Positions 35,735-44,761 of a DNA stretch of 64,000 nucleotides are shown here, piece by piece (positions within the stretch are counted from its first letter, which is position 1; the number at the start of each line of letters is the position of its first letter). Source of the DNA: an uncultured virus (IMG/VR IMGVR_UViG_3300042894_003697) (taxonomy: Duplodnaviria; Heunggongvirae; Uroviricota; Caudoviricetes); IMG/VR virus record IMGVR_UViG_3300042894_003697. One strand, given 5' to 3'. The notes under the pieces were generated by a model. It was not told the origin of the DNA. It saw nothing but the letters and a program-made list of their open reading frames with translations, and searched no databases. The translations under genes were made by a program, and so were the position numbers.

Positions 35735-36751
35735 TTAAGTCAACCACTTTAACTTTACTTCTAGTTCTGTTTTTACCTTTGTGGATTGCTGGTTCAAAAT
35801 TTGTTGAGTATTTTTAAAAAAAATATTAGTGGTCAACAGATCTAAATTTGCTTGGAGTCTATGTTTGTTATTGTATACAAATCGTTGAACTGTGTCAAAG
35901 TCTTTGAGTAAGTTGAGATTTTTTTCTATGGCATAATAGCAACGATCCCATGGATCCGGCATATCCTGATAGCTGTGATCCACAATGTCATCAAACACAT
36001 CAAATCCTTGACCACGCAGATAATCTGCTATGCGCCATCCGCCTACCCAGATAGGAACTGTGCCGCCATAGATAGCCATGATAGTTTTTTCTGTTATGAT
36101 AGTTTCGCGTTCAAAAAATGCCGGCTCTGTGATTAAACTAACACATGTGGGTTCAAATACAGCTTGTTGTAAGAATCTTTGATAAACTTCTGGATTAGTT
36201 ATTGAACCATACTGTAGTCCTTGATCGAGTAATTTTTCAGTTCCAAACAGGTACTGCCTTGGTGTAGTGGTAATCTTACTAGATAAAATAATTTTTTGAT
36301 AGGCAATGTTATTAGTTTCACGCATCATTGCATTTTTATCAATATCAGTATGCTTCCAGCAGAGTGTATATTCACAATCATGAAGATCAAACATGTCTAC
36401 CAGCATTAACATAAAAGTTCTATGAAGCCGTATCTTATTAATTATAAAATTAAATGTTTGGTATTTGTGACTCCAATCTGGAATAATTTGTTGTTGTATA
36501 AATTGGTTAGTGTATTTTGCCATCAGCACAGGCAAACATACTAAATTATAATCTTTTAGCATGTCATCGTGTTGTAGCACATGATCAAATACTATGGTAT
36601 GTGCATGTGGATTTGTGCTATTTTCTAACAATCTTTTCACAGGAAATTCATGCAGTTCTTCATTGTAATGATGATCCTCTACAAAAATTGTTTCTGGCTC
36701 AGTGAGCTGTTCTCCGGTATACCTATACTCGGGTCCTGACAATTCAATCAT
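35735..36751 (-). CDS. Putative glycosyltransferase-like protein (TEKT family)
   Basis: SLITEP…ITEKT…GFDVFDDIVDHSY. Confidence 0.55.
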   Translation of the reverse strand: MIELSGPEYRYTGEQLTEPETIFVEDHHYNEELHEFPVKRLLENSTNPHAHTIVFDHVLQHDDMLKDYNLVCLPVLMAKYTNQFIQQQIIPDWSHKYQTFNFIINKIRLHRTFMLMLVDMFDLHDCEYTLCWKHTDIDKNAMMRETNNIAYQKIILSSKITTTPRQYLFGTEKLLDQGLQYGSITNPEVYQRFLQQAVFEPTCVSLITEPAFFERETIITEKTIMAIYGGTVPIWVGGWRIADYLRGQGFDVFDDIVDHSYQDMPDPWDRCYYAIEKNLNLLKDFDTVQRFVYNNKHRLQANLDLLTTNIFFKNTQQILNQQSTKVKTELEVKLKWLT

Positions 36752-37701
36752 AATTGTTTGATTTTTTCTAAAACCGCATTGAACTTTTCAGGCCATGTTG
36801 ATGCAAAATGTTTTAACAGTTGTTGATTGTGGCTAGCTGCCTGATCAAATCTTGCATAGTCTTGTTCTGTGTAAACTTTATCAATAAAAGTTTCCAGTTG
36901 ATTTAAAATAACCAAATGACGACTTTTATTTTCTGTAATTTCATCATAACCGTGATCCACATAATCGGATAGTACATCAAATCCATACTGTTTTAAACAA
37001 CCCACTGCTCCGGGACTACAGTACAGCAACCACGGTCTAGGCAATTGCAATGCACGAAATATTTTTTCACTGAACGCAATATGACTCTGACTAATGAATG
37101 TTTCTAATATCAAACTTACGTTTGAATCAATAATACATTGTTCAAGAGCACCGTGAGATTCTACAGTATTATAAGGCACAAGTTCTAGTCCCTGGTCATG
37201 TTCGCGCCAATAATCATAAAACTCAGCCTGTTCGTATTGGTCCATATATTCGGATTGACTACAATTAAAACTAACAAGTCCGTCGTTTAAGATATTTCTT
37301 CGTATCAATTCGTAAAATGTTATGGACCTATCGCCGCGAATACGATTCATAAAACAATTAAATCCACGGGTAGTTGGCCGATTTAGATACACAGGATTAA
37401 ATTGCCAAATTGACCAAAATTCTGGCAACACACTAACAACATCTCCCGGAAGTGATTGCAAAAATATATTGTCAGTGATAATTATATCCGATTCCATTTG
37501 ATCTATAATATCAACCAATCTGCAATTCAGTGTCAAATCCTGTCGATTGTAGATGTATGGATAGCCGTAATTATTTGTGTATGGATCGAGTGGTGCTTTG
37601 GTAGGAGTAAATCCTTGTGCTTGTATTGTTTGACTCAATACTTTGACAATTTCATTTTCTCTGGGAGATGATATCCAAATTTGATCTTGATGAGTTTTCA
37701 T
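36748..37701 (-). CDS. Putative glycosyltransferase-like protein (TEKT family)
   Basis: LILET…FSEKIFRAL…GFDVL…VDHGYD. Confidence 0.55.
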   Translation of the reverse strand: MKTHQDQIWISSPRENEIVKVLSQTIQAQGFTPTKAPLDPYTNNYGYPYIYNRQDLTLNCRLVDIIDQMESDIIITDNIFLQSLPGDVVSVLPEFWSIWQFNPVYLNRPTTRGFNCFMNRIRGDRSITFYELIRRNILNDGLVSFNCSQSEYMDQYEQAEFYDYWREHDQGLELVPYNTVESHGALEQCIIDSNVSLILETFISQSHIAFSEKIFRALQLPRPWLLYCSPGAVGCLKQYGFDVLSDYVDHGYDEITENKSRHLVILNQLETFIDKVYTEQDYARFDQAASHNQQLLKHFASTWPEKFNAVLEKIKQL

Positions 37702-38413
37702 GCTAATTACTTATATGTACTGGAATTACCCTACTATAGAAATTGTCTACCCATCTGATCGTGATCCTGTTCGAGAAAGTTTACATGACAAAACTCACTG
37801 TATATTTTATAATCCAACAGTAGATAAAAATAAAATTAAATCAAACCAGAGTCTTGAAGATTTATGCCAATGGGCAAACCAAAAAATAAATCAACAAAGT
37901 ATATCAGGATTTTTAACAGACACACAAAATCATTATGAAATTGCCAATTTGGTCAAGCTCAACTTATGGGTAGATGATTTGCCACGTCGTGGCAGTATCA
38001 AACCCATGTTATTGCAGTATATAGGAAATGAAAAATACGAATCTGGCACAGGCGAAACTAGACTCAGAGCACTGGAAAGAATTGCCAGTATGTCAACTGT
38101 TCATGCATTTATCTGTACACATCGAAAATACGCAGATCAATTTGATCATTTAGAATCAATCACAACATTTGTAAGATTTGCAGAGTTGTGTCAGGCAGAG
38201 GTAGGACAGAAATTTTTATTTAGACTGACCGATGCAGATGCACTGTATGGACTAATTTGGTATGAATACAACAGCTCACGCACTGTTCATACAACTCCAA
38301 GTGAAGACTATTGTGTGTCTGCGATTACAAATTATTTAAAAGAATACCCCGACACAGTGTTTACACCTGCATGGTTTGATACTTTGGTCAACTGGGACGA
38401 TTATAAAAACTAG
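37700..38413 (+). CDS. Hypothetical protein
   Basis: 237-aa divergent ORF. Confidence 0.7.
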   Translation: MLITYMYWNYPTIEIVYPSDRDPVRESLHDKTHCIFYNPTVDKNKIKSNQSLEDLCQWANQKINQQSISGFLTDTQNHYEIANLVKLNLWVDDLPRRGSIKPMLLQYIGNEKYESGTGETRLRALERIASMSTVHAFICTHRKYADQFDHLESITTFVRFAELCQAEVGQKFLFRLTDADALYGLIWYEYNSSRTVHTTPSEDYCVSAITNYLKEYPDTVFTPAWFDTLVNWDDYKN

Positions 38414-39869
38414 CCTGCACTATTGCTTTCCAATCTTGAGCTCGATTGCCAGTTGGCATAACGTCGACTCCTAGCCAAGGCAAACTGTCATTGCAATGCC
38501 CAGTAAATCCTTTCTTGGGCAAGATTAAATCGTCATTCCATCTTTCTAAGAATAATCTTCTTATTAACGGTTTTGATTCAACTCCAACTTTAAAATCATA
38601 TGGTAAATTCAATGCAAATTGCATCACTGGTTTGGCCAAAAATGGATTACGAGTTTCTATGCCCCATGCACCAGCTATGGCATCAATGCCTTGAGCATCA
38701 CATCCTACTATCTGGTGCCAATAGTCCATTAACAATGTAGCTTGCCCTGTGTGACCTTGATACACGGACCGGCATTGATCCCACAAATCTTGATGGCCAT
38801 TCTGGCTATACGGGCTGTGGGAACAATCGGCATAATGCATGGTTTTATAAATGTCATATCCACCAAACAATTCATCGGCTCCTACCCCGGTGAATAACAC
38901 ACGTTGTTGACAATGTTGACTTATGATCCATTGTCCAACAAAACTCCAACTTTGCACCGGCATCTGTAGCCGATCAATCAAGTTTAAAAAATATTCAGCC
39001 CACTGTGATTCGTCGATTGACAATTCGTGCAATTGACATTGTTCTTTAGGTGTTAAAAACTCTTGTATGCGATCAACAATAAGGTCTTTGCCTGTGTTGT
39101 TAACAGTGTAAAGCTCAAGGCCGGGAATAGAATTCAATATGATACTAGAATCTAACCCGCCTGAGTAAGTCAATGCAGCCGGGCAAGCAGGAATCATTGC
39201 GCTGGTAGAATACTTCCAAATAAATTTAAATTCTTCGTAGGCCTGATCAATGTTGTTGTATTGTTTGGGCTGCACCCAAGACCAAACACTGTCAATTTCT
39301 CTGACTGGGCGCCCGTCTTGATATAACTGACCTGGGATTATTCTACTGATACCACGCCAGGGTGTATCAAACAACATGCACCAATGTTTTGTTTGGTATG
39401 TTTGTGATATTTTTTCTGCTCTTATATAGGTCAATATTGGTGCAACTTCACTGCAAACAATTAAAATGTTGTCATCCTGATACTGGTATAAACAGCGTTC
39501 GCCCTGCGGGTCAGACGCATACAACACAGTCTTGGTGTCAGTCCATGCCCATGCCCATGGTCCCCAGCCTTGAGTCAATTGATCTATATTGTTTTCTACA
39601 CTTTCATGTATGAACTCTATGTCATTTTCGTAACTACCTAACTCTCGGTAATTGTAAATTTCACCGTTGTAGGCCAAAAAATTATCATGGCTGTGTTTAT
39701 AATATTCATCTGTGCCAGTTATATGCAAAACAGTTTGACCAATGAATATATTATTTTCGTATTGGAAGCGATCAAAGTCTGGTCCACGAGACTGTAATAT
39801 CCTGAAGGCAGATAAATGTTTATCTAATGAAATTTCTGTTTGACTTTTTACCAGTAGTATACCACACAT
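38388..39869 (-). CDS. Asparagine synthetase-like glutamine amidotransferase
   Basis: N-terminal MCGI, RGPD, YNGEIYN, SGGLDSS, GVGADELFGGY, E.R.PFL. Confidence 0.9.
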   Translation of the reverse strand: MCGILLVKSQTEISLDKHLSAFRILQSRGPDFDRFQYENNIFIGQTVLHITGTDEYYKHSHDNFLAYNGEIYNYRELGSYENDIEFIHESVENNIDQLTQGWGPWAWAWTDTKTVLYASDPQGERCLYQYQDDNILIVCSEVAPILTYIRAEKISQTYQTKHWCMLFDTPWRGISRIIPGQLYQDGRPVREIDSVWSWVQPKQYNNIDQAYEEFKFIWKYSTSAMIPACPAALTYSGGLDSSIILNSIPGLELYTVNNTGKDLIVDRIQEFLTPKEQCQLHELSIDESQWAEYFLNLIDRLQMPVQSWSFVGQWIISQHCQQRVLFTGVGADELFGGYDIYKTMHYADCSHSPYSQNGHQDLWDQCRSVYQGHTGQATLLMDYWHQIVGCDAQGIDAIAGAWGIETRNPFLAKPVMQFALNLPYDFKVGVESKPLIRRLFLERWNDDLILPKKGFTGHCNDSLPWLGVDVMPTGNRAQDWKAIVQASFYNRPS

Positions 39870-39886
39870 AGGCTAATACTTACCAA

Positions 39887-39912
39887 TAAAAAAAGGCCCT
39901 AGGGCCTTTTTT
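39887..39912. terminator. Bidirectional intrinsic terminator
   Basis: A-run-GGCCC-TA-GGGCC-T-run. Confidence 0.8.
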
Positions 39913-39930
39913 AAATTGTGCTGGTATGTA

Positions 39931-40830
39931 TTATACTACAACTGGGGTATAGTCAATACCTGTTGTTGCCAACCCAACCAACCCAATTGTTGTTTCAAAT
40001 GCTGCCAACTCACTGGCAGCAACCAGTACATCGGCTTGACTCAAATTGCTGGCGGTCATCCATGCTGTGTAGTCAGTGACCTGTGTCAATGTAGCATTGG
40101 TACCGTAAACATTTTTATAAACATTCTTGATGAATGTTTCATTGCTGACACCACCTGCGTCTGCTTTGTAAACATCAGTGGCTAACAATGCTGTTGCTAA
40201 TTCTTTGTTTGTCCAACCTTTATCAGCAAGACTGATACCAATGCCTGTGTAGGCTTTGGTAACATCAGCAACTCCAAGTGCAGCTGCTAACAATGCGTAT
40301 ACATCACCTGCCCGCCCTGCAGCATCATAAGCAATAGCTTTGTCGGTGAACACAACACGCTCGTGACTGGCCAAGTTAAATGCCACATTGGTTGCCAGTG
40401 TGCTACCAGCAGTGATTTTGTCTGCAGTCTTGGTCACTGTGTAATCAGTGCTGGCACCATTGATGCTGAATGTGTCGATACCGGCAGTACCAGTTACATC
40501 AATTTGAATATCCACAACACCGTCGCCAGAAAGACCAGCGCCAACTGCACCAAAGGTAGCAATTTTACCACCTGCGCCAACTGTGGCCACAGTTAAGATT
40601 AAATTGTTGGCAACAGTGCCACCAAGTCCTGTGCCCAGCAGTGTGATGGTATCGCCTGCCACATAGCCAGTGCCTGCACTTGCTACGGCTGCATCTAATA
40701 TAACGGAATAAACTCCGTCGGTTTTGGTTACATCAAATTTAGCTCCAGTGCCTGCACCGCTTGTTGTACCAGTTTTATCTTGGTAAGTGGCATTGATTGC
40801 TTTGTCTTTGATTGTGATTGTAGTTGTCAT
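39931..40830 (-). CDS. Ala/Gly/Thr-rich surface or S-layer-like protein with DUF4214-like C-terminus
   Basis: GTGYVAGDTITL beta-rich N-terminus; ERVVFTDKAIAYD…SNETFIKNVYKNVYG…VGLATTGIDY; AAGGA SD. Confidence 0.6.
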   Translation of the reverse strand: MTTTITIKDKAINATYQDKTGTTSGAGTGAKFDVTKTDGVYSVILDAAVASAGTGYVAGDTITLLGTGLGGTVANNLILTVATVGAGGKIATFGAVGAGLSGDGVVDIQIDVTGTAGIDTFSINGASTDYTVTKTADKITAGSTLATNVAFNLASHERVVFTDKAIAYDAAGRAGDVYALLAAALGVADVTKAYTGIGISLADKGWTNKELATALLATDVYKADAGGVSNETFIKNVYKNVYGTNATLTQVTDYTAWMTASNLSQADVLVAASELAAFETTIGLVGLATTGIDYTPVVV

Positions 40831-40957
40831 ATTGTTCCTTTTAATGTAATATTTAACAAATAATTTGTCTATCCAATAATTATACACAAGATTACCAACA
40901 CTACGTGTGCGTGTACGCACATGTTTTGACACGAAATGTTAGAAATTTGTCCAAAAG

Positions 40958-40980
40958 AAAAGCACCCGAAGGTGCTTTCT
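40958..40980 (-). terminator. Terminator after tmRNA
   Basis: AAAGCACC-UUCG-GGUGCUUUU. Confidence 0.85.
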
Positions 40981-41377
40981 GTTATTTTCTGTTACGAGGT
41001 ATAACTACCCTAAGCAGTGTTTAGACTGCTAAAGATTCCTTGGCTGTACGAGCTGAGAACTTGACGTTCTTACCACTTACAGTTACGGTTGTATTTGCTT
41101 TTGCATTTACTTTTTTTGCTTCTACAACCGGGTTACCCCTGTCCTACGGCTTCTGCATTGCCGAGCTGTCCACTAATTTACTTGTTGCCCTGTCGAATCT
41201 AGGTCAGGCCCATCAAAAAGACTTTTTATAATCCAAAACATATAGTTGACTACAACTAAGATGCCCCACATATAAACCCAATGCCAATTCTCAAACATAA
41301 AAATCCTTTTGGTGGACCTGGGGGGATTCGCACCCCCGTCCAGAACACTTTTCTCTTTGCTTCATACAGCAATAACT
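40981..41377 (-). ncRNA. ssrA: Circularly permuted (two-piece) tmRNA
   Basis: The piece ending CAGGUCCACCA (41310) precedes GGGCCUGACCUAGAUUCGAC (starts 41211); G3·U70; tag frame AKANTTVTVSGKNVKFSARTAKESLAV*. Confidence 0.9.
41173..41298 (-). CDS. 41-aa hydrophobic peptide starting in the tmRNA intervening segment
   Basis: AAAGGA SD 5 nt before ATG; MFENWHWVYMWGILVVVNYMFWIIKSLFDGPDLDSTGQQVN. Confidence 0.5.
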   Translation of the reverse strand: MFENWHWVYMWGILVVVNYMFWIIKSLFDGPDLDSTGQQVN

Positions 41378-41427
41378 TGTATTTAATCAATCTACGCTTT
41401 TGTAAATTCAATTTTTATTTGTAAGAG

Positions 41428-42171
41428 TTATCCTGTTAAAACTTCACACCCATTTTTGGTAACAAGAATAGTATGTTCATATTGAGCACTATATCCACCA
41501 TCACGGGTTATAGCGGTCCAACCATCTTCTAATAGTTTTACTTTGTGTCCTCGCTCATTTATCATTGGTTCTATAGTGAATATCATTCCTTCTTTCATTA
41601 ATGAAGAATCGTTATTTTTGTAGTGTAAGATTTGAGGGACAGTATGGAATTCTTTACCAATACCATGTCCACAAAAATCTCTCACAACACTAAAGCCTGC
41701 ATTAGAAGCCGTTTCTTCTATAACTTTACCTATTTTGTTAAAGGGAACACCGTCCTTTACAATCTTTATCGCATTTTCTAAACAGTCGTATGTTGTTTTA
41801 CACAAGAATTTGTGCCGAGGATGAACTTCACCAATCATAAACATTTTACTAGTATCACCAAAAAAATAAGACCCATCTATCAACTTTTTTACGGTTACAT
41901 CTATGTTTAAGATATCTCCGTTCTTTAATGGTGTATTGTTTGGTATGCCATGGCAGACTACATTATTTACGCTGGCGCAGATTGATTTTGGAAACCCTTC
42001 ATAGTTTAATTGGGCACTTTCTGCATTGAGAACATTTATAGTATAATTCTCACACAAATCATTAAGAGAGTTAGTAGTTACCCCTGCTACAACAAATGCT
42101 GAAATGTAATCCAATAATTGTTTTGCTAGATTACATACCAAACGCATATTGCTTATATCTTGGTTAGTCAA
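41428..42171 (-). CDS. map: Methionine aminopeptidase type I
   Basis: FPKSICASVNNVVCHGIP, NIDVT, GDTS, CGHGIG…FH, FTIEPMIN, SAQYEHT. Confidence 0.97.
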   Translation of the reverse strand: MTNQDISNMRLVCNLAKQLLDYISAFVVAGVTTNSLNDLCENYTINVLNAESAQLNYEGFPKSICASVNNVVCHGIPNNTPLKNGDILNIDVTVKKLIDGSYFFGDTSKMFMIGEVHPRHKFLCKTTYDCLENAIKIVKDGVPFNKIGKVIEETASNAGFSVVRDFCGHGIGKEFHTVPQILHYKNNDSSLMKEGMIFTIEPMINERGHKVKLLEDGWTAITRDGGYSAQYEHTILVTKNGCEVLTG

Positions 42172-42195
42172 TTAGTACCTTTCTTATTTGTGCGA

Positions 42196-42247
42196 AGTCG
42201 AACCCTCGTCCGGAACACTTTTCTCTTTGCTTCATACAGCAATAACT
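42196..42247 (-). repeat. Truncated duplicate of the first tmRNA piece
   Basis: 42207-42247 matches 41337-41377 at 40/41; breaks off at a GUUCGAC T-loop. Confidence 0.85.
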
Positions 42248-42252
42248 CTTAC

Positions 42253-42768
42253 TTATTCATTATCCCATTCTTTTGGAATCCACTCCAGTTGAAATAGGTC
42301 TGCACGTATTTCGTCTGTGACTGTTCCTTCTGGCACATATCCTTTGTCGCCGTTACCCAATCCTTCACCAATGCCACTGCAATACCAATCAATATAGTCA
42401 CCTTGTTCGCGCATGTCAGCCACGATACCCCCTGCATGTCTCCAACTGGCACTCCAGCGTTGATCCTTGATCAATGGCCATACTTTGTTCTTTACAAACT
42501 GCATGTTGCACATGGCCGCATATAGATTCTGTGCGTAGTTGTCATTGGCCTTAACCTTGTCGCAAATCCATTTGGTACTACGGAGATCGTACTCCATGTT
42601 GTCTTTTTGCCACGCTGGATCTACAAGATTCTTTTCATCTTGCTCACGCCAAGATTCGTACATTTTAATATAGTCGGGATTAGGCTCCTCGTCCTTTTCC
42701 TCGCAACGTTTAATATATCCTTCTTTTTGAAAGGTATTGCGCTCTGGACTTGATGATATTTTGCTCAT
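42253..42768 (-). CDS. Hypothetical phage protein (likely leaderless)
   Basis: Promoter TTGACT-17-TATAAT at 42774-42802. Confidence 0.8.
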   Translation of the reverse strand: MSKISSSPERNTFQKEGYIKRCEEKDEEPNPDYIKMYESWREQDEKNLVDPAWQKDNMEYDLRSTKWICDKVKANDNYAQNLYAAMCNMQFVKNKVWPLIKDQRWSASWRHAGGIVADMREQGDYIDWYCSGIGEGLGNGDKGYVPEGTVTDEIRADLFQLEWIPKEWDNE

Positions 42769-42798
42769 AATGTATTATATAGTATTGCTCAACTTGAG

Positions 42799-43164
42799 TC
42801 AACTGTAATTGCTTAAAAACTTATCTAAGTCACCATAAAGATTTATCAGCATAGCTTCTTTACTGCCAAACATCACAAGATCCACTGGTATTTTTTTCTT
42901 TCCTACAATATAGTAAGGCATTTGCAATTTGCGATCCAATGCCAACACATGTGTCATTGTGATGCGAAAAGGTTCAAGAGAATAATGATGATGTTCAAGA
43001 TTCAAATGTTCACAAAATATTTCATAGCCACGATCGGTCAGTCGTAGTCCGCCAGCACTACGGAGATTGGCCCACCATGTGGCATGGGCATCATCTACAG
43101 TGATGCCCAGATGTTTGGGCAGCTCGGCTACCAGTGTTTCAGTGAGTAGACGTTTATCACGCAC
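42799..43164 (-). CDS. Hypothetical protein
   Basis: In operon. Confidence 0.75.
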   Translation of the reverse strand: MRDKRLLTETLVAELPKHLGITVDDAHATWWANLRSAGGLRLTDRGYEIFCEHLNLEHHHYSLEPFRITMTHVLALDRKLQMPYYIVGKKKIPVDLVMFGSKEAMLINLYGDLDKFLSNYS

Positions 43165-43165
43165 A

Positions 43166-43456
43166 TCAAGGATATACCTGGGGGCCTTCTTTTAACAACA
43201 CCACAGTGAACTTGTCAGTTTTAAATTGTGTGTTGAGTTTCTTGGCAAGATTTTTTGCGTGACCCGGATTGGAGAATGATACTTTTTTATATTTGGGGCC
43301 AGGATACTGAACCAAAAGATTAGAAGTTTTGAGATTGATAGGTCGGGTGTCATAGAACACAGCCCACACACCTTCGCTGGCCAACACCTGCTCACTTTTA
43401 TAAGTGGTCCGATTTGTTTGCTCTATGATAACATTGGGCTTGGGTCTGCTCATCAA
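43166..43456 (-). CDS. Hypothetical phage protein
   Basis: AGGAG SD; TAAATA motif upstream. Confidence 0.8.
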   Translation of the reverse strand: MMSRPKPNVIIEQTNRTTYKSEQVLASEGVWAVFYDTRPINLKTSNLLVQYPGPKYKKVSFSNPGHAKNLAKKLNTQFKTDKFTVVLLKEGPQVYP

Positions 43457-43495
43457 TAAACTCCTACATTTATTTATCTCAAAATATATGCAGTT

Positions 43496-43693
43496 TTAGA
43501 ATTTACCACCAGTGATTTGCACTTCAATAACGTCATCCTGAGGCGCATTTGCATGGTCAGTTTGCAAGGCAAGCAGCAACTTTGTTATATCAGCATGCAA
43601 ATCTTTAGCATCTCGCATGCTCATTAAGAAATCTTTACTTCCTCGAGCATCAAACCCTTGCAGTTTTTCAACAAATCGTTGTATATGTATCAT
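43496..43693 (-). CDS. Small hypothetical protein
   Basis: TAATG-coupled. Confidence 0.7.
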   Translation of the reverse strand: MIHIQRFVEKLQGFDARGSKDFLMSMRDAKDLHADITKLLLALQTDHANAPQDDVIEVQITGGKF

Positions 43694-44388
43694 TATTTTC
43701 TATCGCCAAAAAGTTGCAACAGATTGATAAACAAGTTGATAAAGTCCATATAAAGAGTTAGTGCTCCACGAATCTCTGCTGAATTGCTAGTCTCTACACT
43801 AATTTCCTCACGGATCTTCTGTGTGTCGTATGCTGTCAAACCAAGGAAGATAATGATGGCTAGGGCGGAGATCACCATCTGCATCACGGTGCTGCCAATA
43901 AAGATATTAACGATACTGGCAATGCAGATGGCGATCAAACCTACAATCATAAACTTGCCCAGGCTGTCTAGGCTCTGTTTGGTAAAGTAACCATACCCGC
44001 TCATGACACCAAACAAGATGGCCGCACCCATAAAGGCACTGACAATTGATCCCATGGTAAACACCGCAAAGATCATTGCAAAACTCAAGCCCATCAAGGC
44101 CGCAAAACCATGTAGGCAAAGTTGTGCCATTTGTTTAGTAGGGCTTGCGTTTAGTAAAATAGTAACTACAAAAATTGCCACCAATGGAGCAAAGATCACA
44201 ATCCACTTTAGTACGCCTGTAAAAAAGAATTGTAGCAACTCTGGACTAGTGCCCACAAAATAACTTACAAACATCGACACAACCACTGCAAGACTCATGT
44301 GTCCGTAAACACGACCCATTGCTGAATTAATTTCTTCTGCTGAACGATAATTTAAAATACCGTTATTTGTATAATTTGCACCAAACAT
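43693..44388 (-). CDS. Bax inhibitor-1/YccA-family membrane protein
   Basis: About 7 TM helices; TAYDTQKI, ALTLYMDFINLF. Confidence 0.92.
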   Translation of the reverse strand: MFGANYTNNGILNYRSAEEINSAMGRVYGHMSLAVVVSMFVSYFVGTSPELLQFFFTGVLKWIVIFAPLVAIFVVTILLNASPTKQMAQLCLHGFAALMGLSFAMIFAVFTMGSIVSAFMGAAILFGVMSGYGYFTKQSLDSLGKFMIVGLIAICIASIVNIFIGSTVMQMVISALAIIIFLGLTAYDTQKIREEISVETSNSAEIRGALTLYMDFINLFINLLQLFGDRK

Positions 44389-44389
44389 T

Positions 44390-44761
44390 TTATTCTCCTT
44401 TAATAAATGGTTTAAGATCTGGCGGAACCCAACCAGAAGGTTTCAAAACTTTGCCATCTTCACGTCGACGAACCTTGCCTGTGACACGATCAATCTTAGC
44501 AAAGTTAGTGCTCATGACTTCTTTCCATGCACTTTCACCGTCGGCACCCATACTGTGTATAGCACCAATTGTGACAACTAAAATATCAACAAGTGCATCC
44601 AGTTGCTCTACCCGATTGCCTTGTGTGATTGCAGTATTTAATTCGGAAAATTCTTCAGCTATGAGATCGTAATACAGCCGATATTGTTGTTCATTGAGCT
44701 GGTCAACTGTTTGTTCACAGGCCCTCATAAATTTTTCTTGATCTCTAAATAGATTGGTCAT
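44390..44761 (-). CDS. MazG-like/PRA-PH nucleotide pyrophosphohydrolase
   Basis: LIAEEFSEL, LDALVD, EVMSTNFAK, REDGKVLKP. Confidence 0.85.
   Translation of the reverse strand: MTNLFRDQEKFMRACEQTVDQLNEQQYRLYYDLIAEEFSELNTAITQGNRVEQLDALVDILVVTIGAIHSMGADGESAWKEVMSTNFAKIDRVTGKVRRREDGKVLKPSGWVPPDLKPFIKGE

Noticed and set aside
40880..40932. Hairpin TGTGCGT-GT-ACGCACA upstream of the surface-protein gene
   Set aside because: A single short hairpin with no second copy or other support.
41040..41231. 63-aa plus-strand ORF
   Set aside because: Antisense to the tmRNA coding piece.
41337..42247. Autonomous mobile element at ssrA
   Set aside because: No integrase or transposase lies between or near the repeats; kept only as a recombination footprint.
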